Virus record (IMG/VR): IMGVR_UViG_3300029953_000013
DNA from: a virus
Taxonomy: Duplodnaviria; Heunggongvirae; Uroviricota; Caudoviricetes
Direction: 5' to 3' (one strand)
Length of the DNA stretch: 35,931 nucleotides
Each line of letters starts with the position of its first letter. Positions within the stretch are counted from its first letter, which is position 1. Below, piece by piece: positions 34,609 through 35,931 of the stretch. The notes beneath the pieces are model-generated. The model was not told the origin of the DNA. It did no database searches and saw only the letters and a program-made list of their open reading frames with translations. Position numbers and translations under genes: made by a program.

Positions 34609-35235
34609 ATGGTAACAAAGACTCTCCATCAGATTTACGGCACGGTCCTCGTGGTAGGTGCCCTGGCTTTCGCTGGGGTGGCTGTGAAGGATCACATTCA
34701 TGCCAAGGAAGAGGCGAAGATTCAGGCGCAGATTGTCGAGAAGGACGCGCTCCTGAAGGTTTCTGATCAGAAGGCATCCGTAGCCGAAGCCAAGGCTTCC
34801 GTTTCTGACACTGCTCGTGTGGGTGCTGAGAAGAACTACACCGTGGCTCTGAATCGGGTGAACCTGCTTGAGAAGCAGCTTGCCGCGAACAGTACGAAGA
34901 TCGCCGCCAATGCCCCTCAGGACGCCCAGGCGCTTCCTGCCGATCTCACCCCAGCAGAAGCCGTGGAACTTCTCCCGGCAGAGCATGAGGCTCGTGTGGA
35001 CTGCGGCGAAGCCCTTGCCAATGCGGACAACGAAATTGGTAGCCTGAAGACTGCCAACGGTGCCCTTCATGACTCGGAAGCTATCCTTGTGGACAAGACC
35101 GTCCTCCAGGAGAAGCAGAACGAAGTCGTTACCAAAGATCGGGATACACAGGTCGAGCGCAAGAAGCTCTGGCGCGATACGGCGATTGTCTCAATTCTCA
35201 TCAACGTTGCCAAGATCGCTAAGTGGTTCCTGTAG
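34609..35235 (+). CDS. Spanin-like membrane-anchored coiled-coil protein
   Basis: N-terminal TM, long Ala/Glu/Lys coiled coil with a Pro-rich hinge and single Cys, and a hydrophobic C-terminal helix. ATG 34609 is preferred over the track start 34546. Confidence 0.55.
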   Translation: MVTKTLHQIYGTVLVVGALAFAGVAVKDHIHAKEEAKIQAQIVEKDALLKVSDQKASVAEAKASVSDTARVGAEKNYTVALNRVNLLEKQLAANSTKIAANAPQDAQALPADLTPAEAVELLPAEHEARVDCGEALANADNEIGSLKTANGALHDSEAILVDKTVLQEKQNEVVTKDRDTQVERKKLWRDTAIVSILINVAKIAKWFL

Positions 35236-35240
35236 CGGCT

Positions 35241-35282
35241 GGTGGTAGGAATACTTATAATCGCGCATCTCGGTGGATGCGC
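35241..35282 (+). promoter_or_regulatory. GGTGGTA motif, TATAAT (35256-35261) and 7-bp hairpin GCGCATC-N6-GATGCGC (35263-35282) before AAGGAG RBS
   Basis: Seen directly in the intergenic region. No canonical -35 recognised. Confidence 0.55.
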
Positions 35283-35298
35283 ATCAAGGAGCAACACA

Positions 35299-35931
35299 AT
35301 GGCAAATGAAGTATACGGTGCAAGTGGCACCCTCCGCGCACGTTTCATCAAGTCAGAGCGAGTCAAGGGCGCTGCTGGCAAGAAGGACTACGCCAAGGTC
35401 GAGATCGAAGTTGACGGGCACAAGCTCAAGGTCATGGCGCGTGGTGACGCTGTGTTGGACGCCCTGGACGGCTTCGCCAAGGGTGAGTCTTTCCCCTTTT
35501 GGGGCAAGCTGAACAGCTACACCAACGCTGAGAAGAAGACCTACACCAATCTCCAGATTGGCAAGGTCTACACCGATGAGCGCGAAACCAGCGGTGACGT
35601 TTTTGTTACCGGCGAGATCAAGGAAATCGGCAACATCATGTCCACCAAGGAGCCTACCAAAGTGGTTGGCAAGTTCGTGGATGTGGACTGCACGCAGAAC
35701 GCGCAGTATCCCGATGTCGTGAGGCTTCAGCTTGCCTTCGGCACCGACATTGATCTGCCTGTCGGTCAGGTGATCAAGGTTGTGGCTTTCCTGGACAAGT
35801 ACGCGATTTGGGTCTTTGAGGGCAACGTCCAGAAGGCTACCAAGAGCAACCTGCCCGAAGGCGCGGTGTTCATGGGTCGTAGCGGCAAGAAGGATACTGC
35901 TGCTCCTGCCGGTGACAAGGGCGCTTCCAAG
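35299..35931 (+). CDS. Tandem OB-fold, SSB-like protein (truncated at window end; absent from ORF track)
   Basis: AAGGAG RBS then ATG 35299, open to the window end (MANEVYGASGTLRARF...AKVEIEV...FWGKLNSY...TNLQI...VFVTGEIKEIG...). Two OB-like strand patterns and a disordered tail. Confidence 0.6.
   Translation, partial: MANEVYGASGTLRARFIKSERVKGAAGKKDYAKVEIEVDGHKLKVMARGDAVLDALDGFAKGESFPFWGKLNSYTNAEKKTYTNLQIGKVYTDERETSGDVFVTGEIKEIGNIMSTKEPTKVVGKFVDVDCTQNAQYPDVVRLQLAFGTDIDLPVGQVIKVVAFLDKYAIWVFEGNVQKATKSNLPEGAVFMGRSGKKDTAAPAGDKGASK

Larger units (their letters stand above)
1..35931 (+). mobile_element. Phage/prophage structural (tail), accessory and lysis region; long non-contractile tail likely
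   Basis: Co-oriented dense genes including a tape measure protein, hub-like, FN3/collagen fibres, an S74 chaperone domain and holin/spanin-like genes. No sheath or baseplate-J-like gene was recognised, and no flanking host genes are in the window. Confidence 0.95.

Noticed and set aside
35238-35245. E. coli Chi site GCTGGTGG overlapping the GGTGGTA motif
   Set aside because: Only this motif copy has the Chi context, and the host is unknown.
35273-35512. 79-aa ORF listed in the track
   Set aside because: Overlaps, in another frame, the better-supported ORF at 35299, which has an AAGGAG RBS and OB-like content.
1-35931. Stop-codon reassignment (alternative genetic code)
   Set aside because: Very long ORFs are intact under code 11, and TAA, TAG and TGA each end genes at sensible junctions.
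1-35931. Numerous minus-strand and alternate-frame ORFs in the track (e.g. 2042..2650, 4489..5331, 23449..24336, 30987..31766, 33984..34598)
   Set aside because: They lie within well-supported + strand genes, have no recognisable motifs, and are expected antisense shadows of Ala/Gly/Thr-rich coding sequence.
1-35931. tRNA, rRNA, integrase, transposase or invertase
   Set aside because: None recognised; the intergenic gaps are too short or lack a cloverleaf pattern.

Overview
The whole window reads as the virion tail region of a tailed dsDNA phage or prophage. All credible genes are on the + strand and are tightly packed, several with TAATG stop/start overlaps. The order is: two paralogous tail-assembly-chaperone-like genes, three neck/tail-completion-like genes, a ~2,080-aa tape measure protein, a Dit-like gene and a hub-like gene. 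About 13 kb of tail-tip and fibre genes follow (LamG-like, Ig/FN3, duplicated carbohydrate-binding-like modules, an Mtd_N/collagen/repeat/S74 fibre), then a low-GC Tyr-rich adhesin-like gene. Next is a tightly packed non-structural cassette: a divergent QueC-like enzyme, an outer-membrane beta-barrel, a divergent VUT/YhhQ transporter and an HExxH protein. After two small genes and a terminator come a second fibre gene with a second Dit paralog, an Sm-like small protein, lysis-type membrane genes and the start of a tandem-OB-fold protein. The host is probably diderm, inferred from the OM barrel and spanin-like gene. The strongest candidate for an undescribed system is the QueC/porin/VUT/zincin cassette (27444-29728). 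A GGTGGTA motif recurring at gene junctions is also notable. All family calls come from reading motifs by eye; no database search was run.
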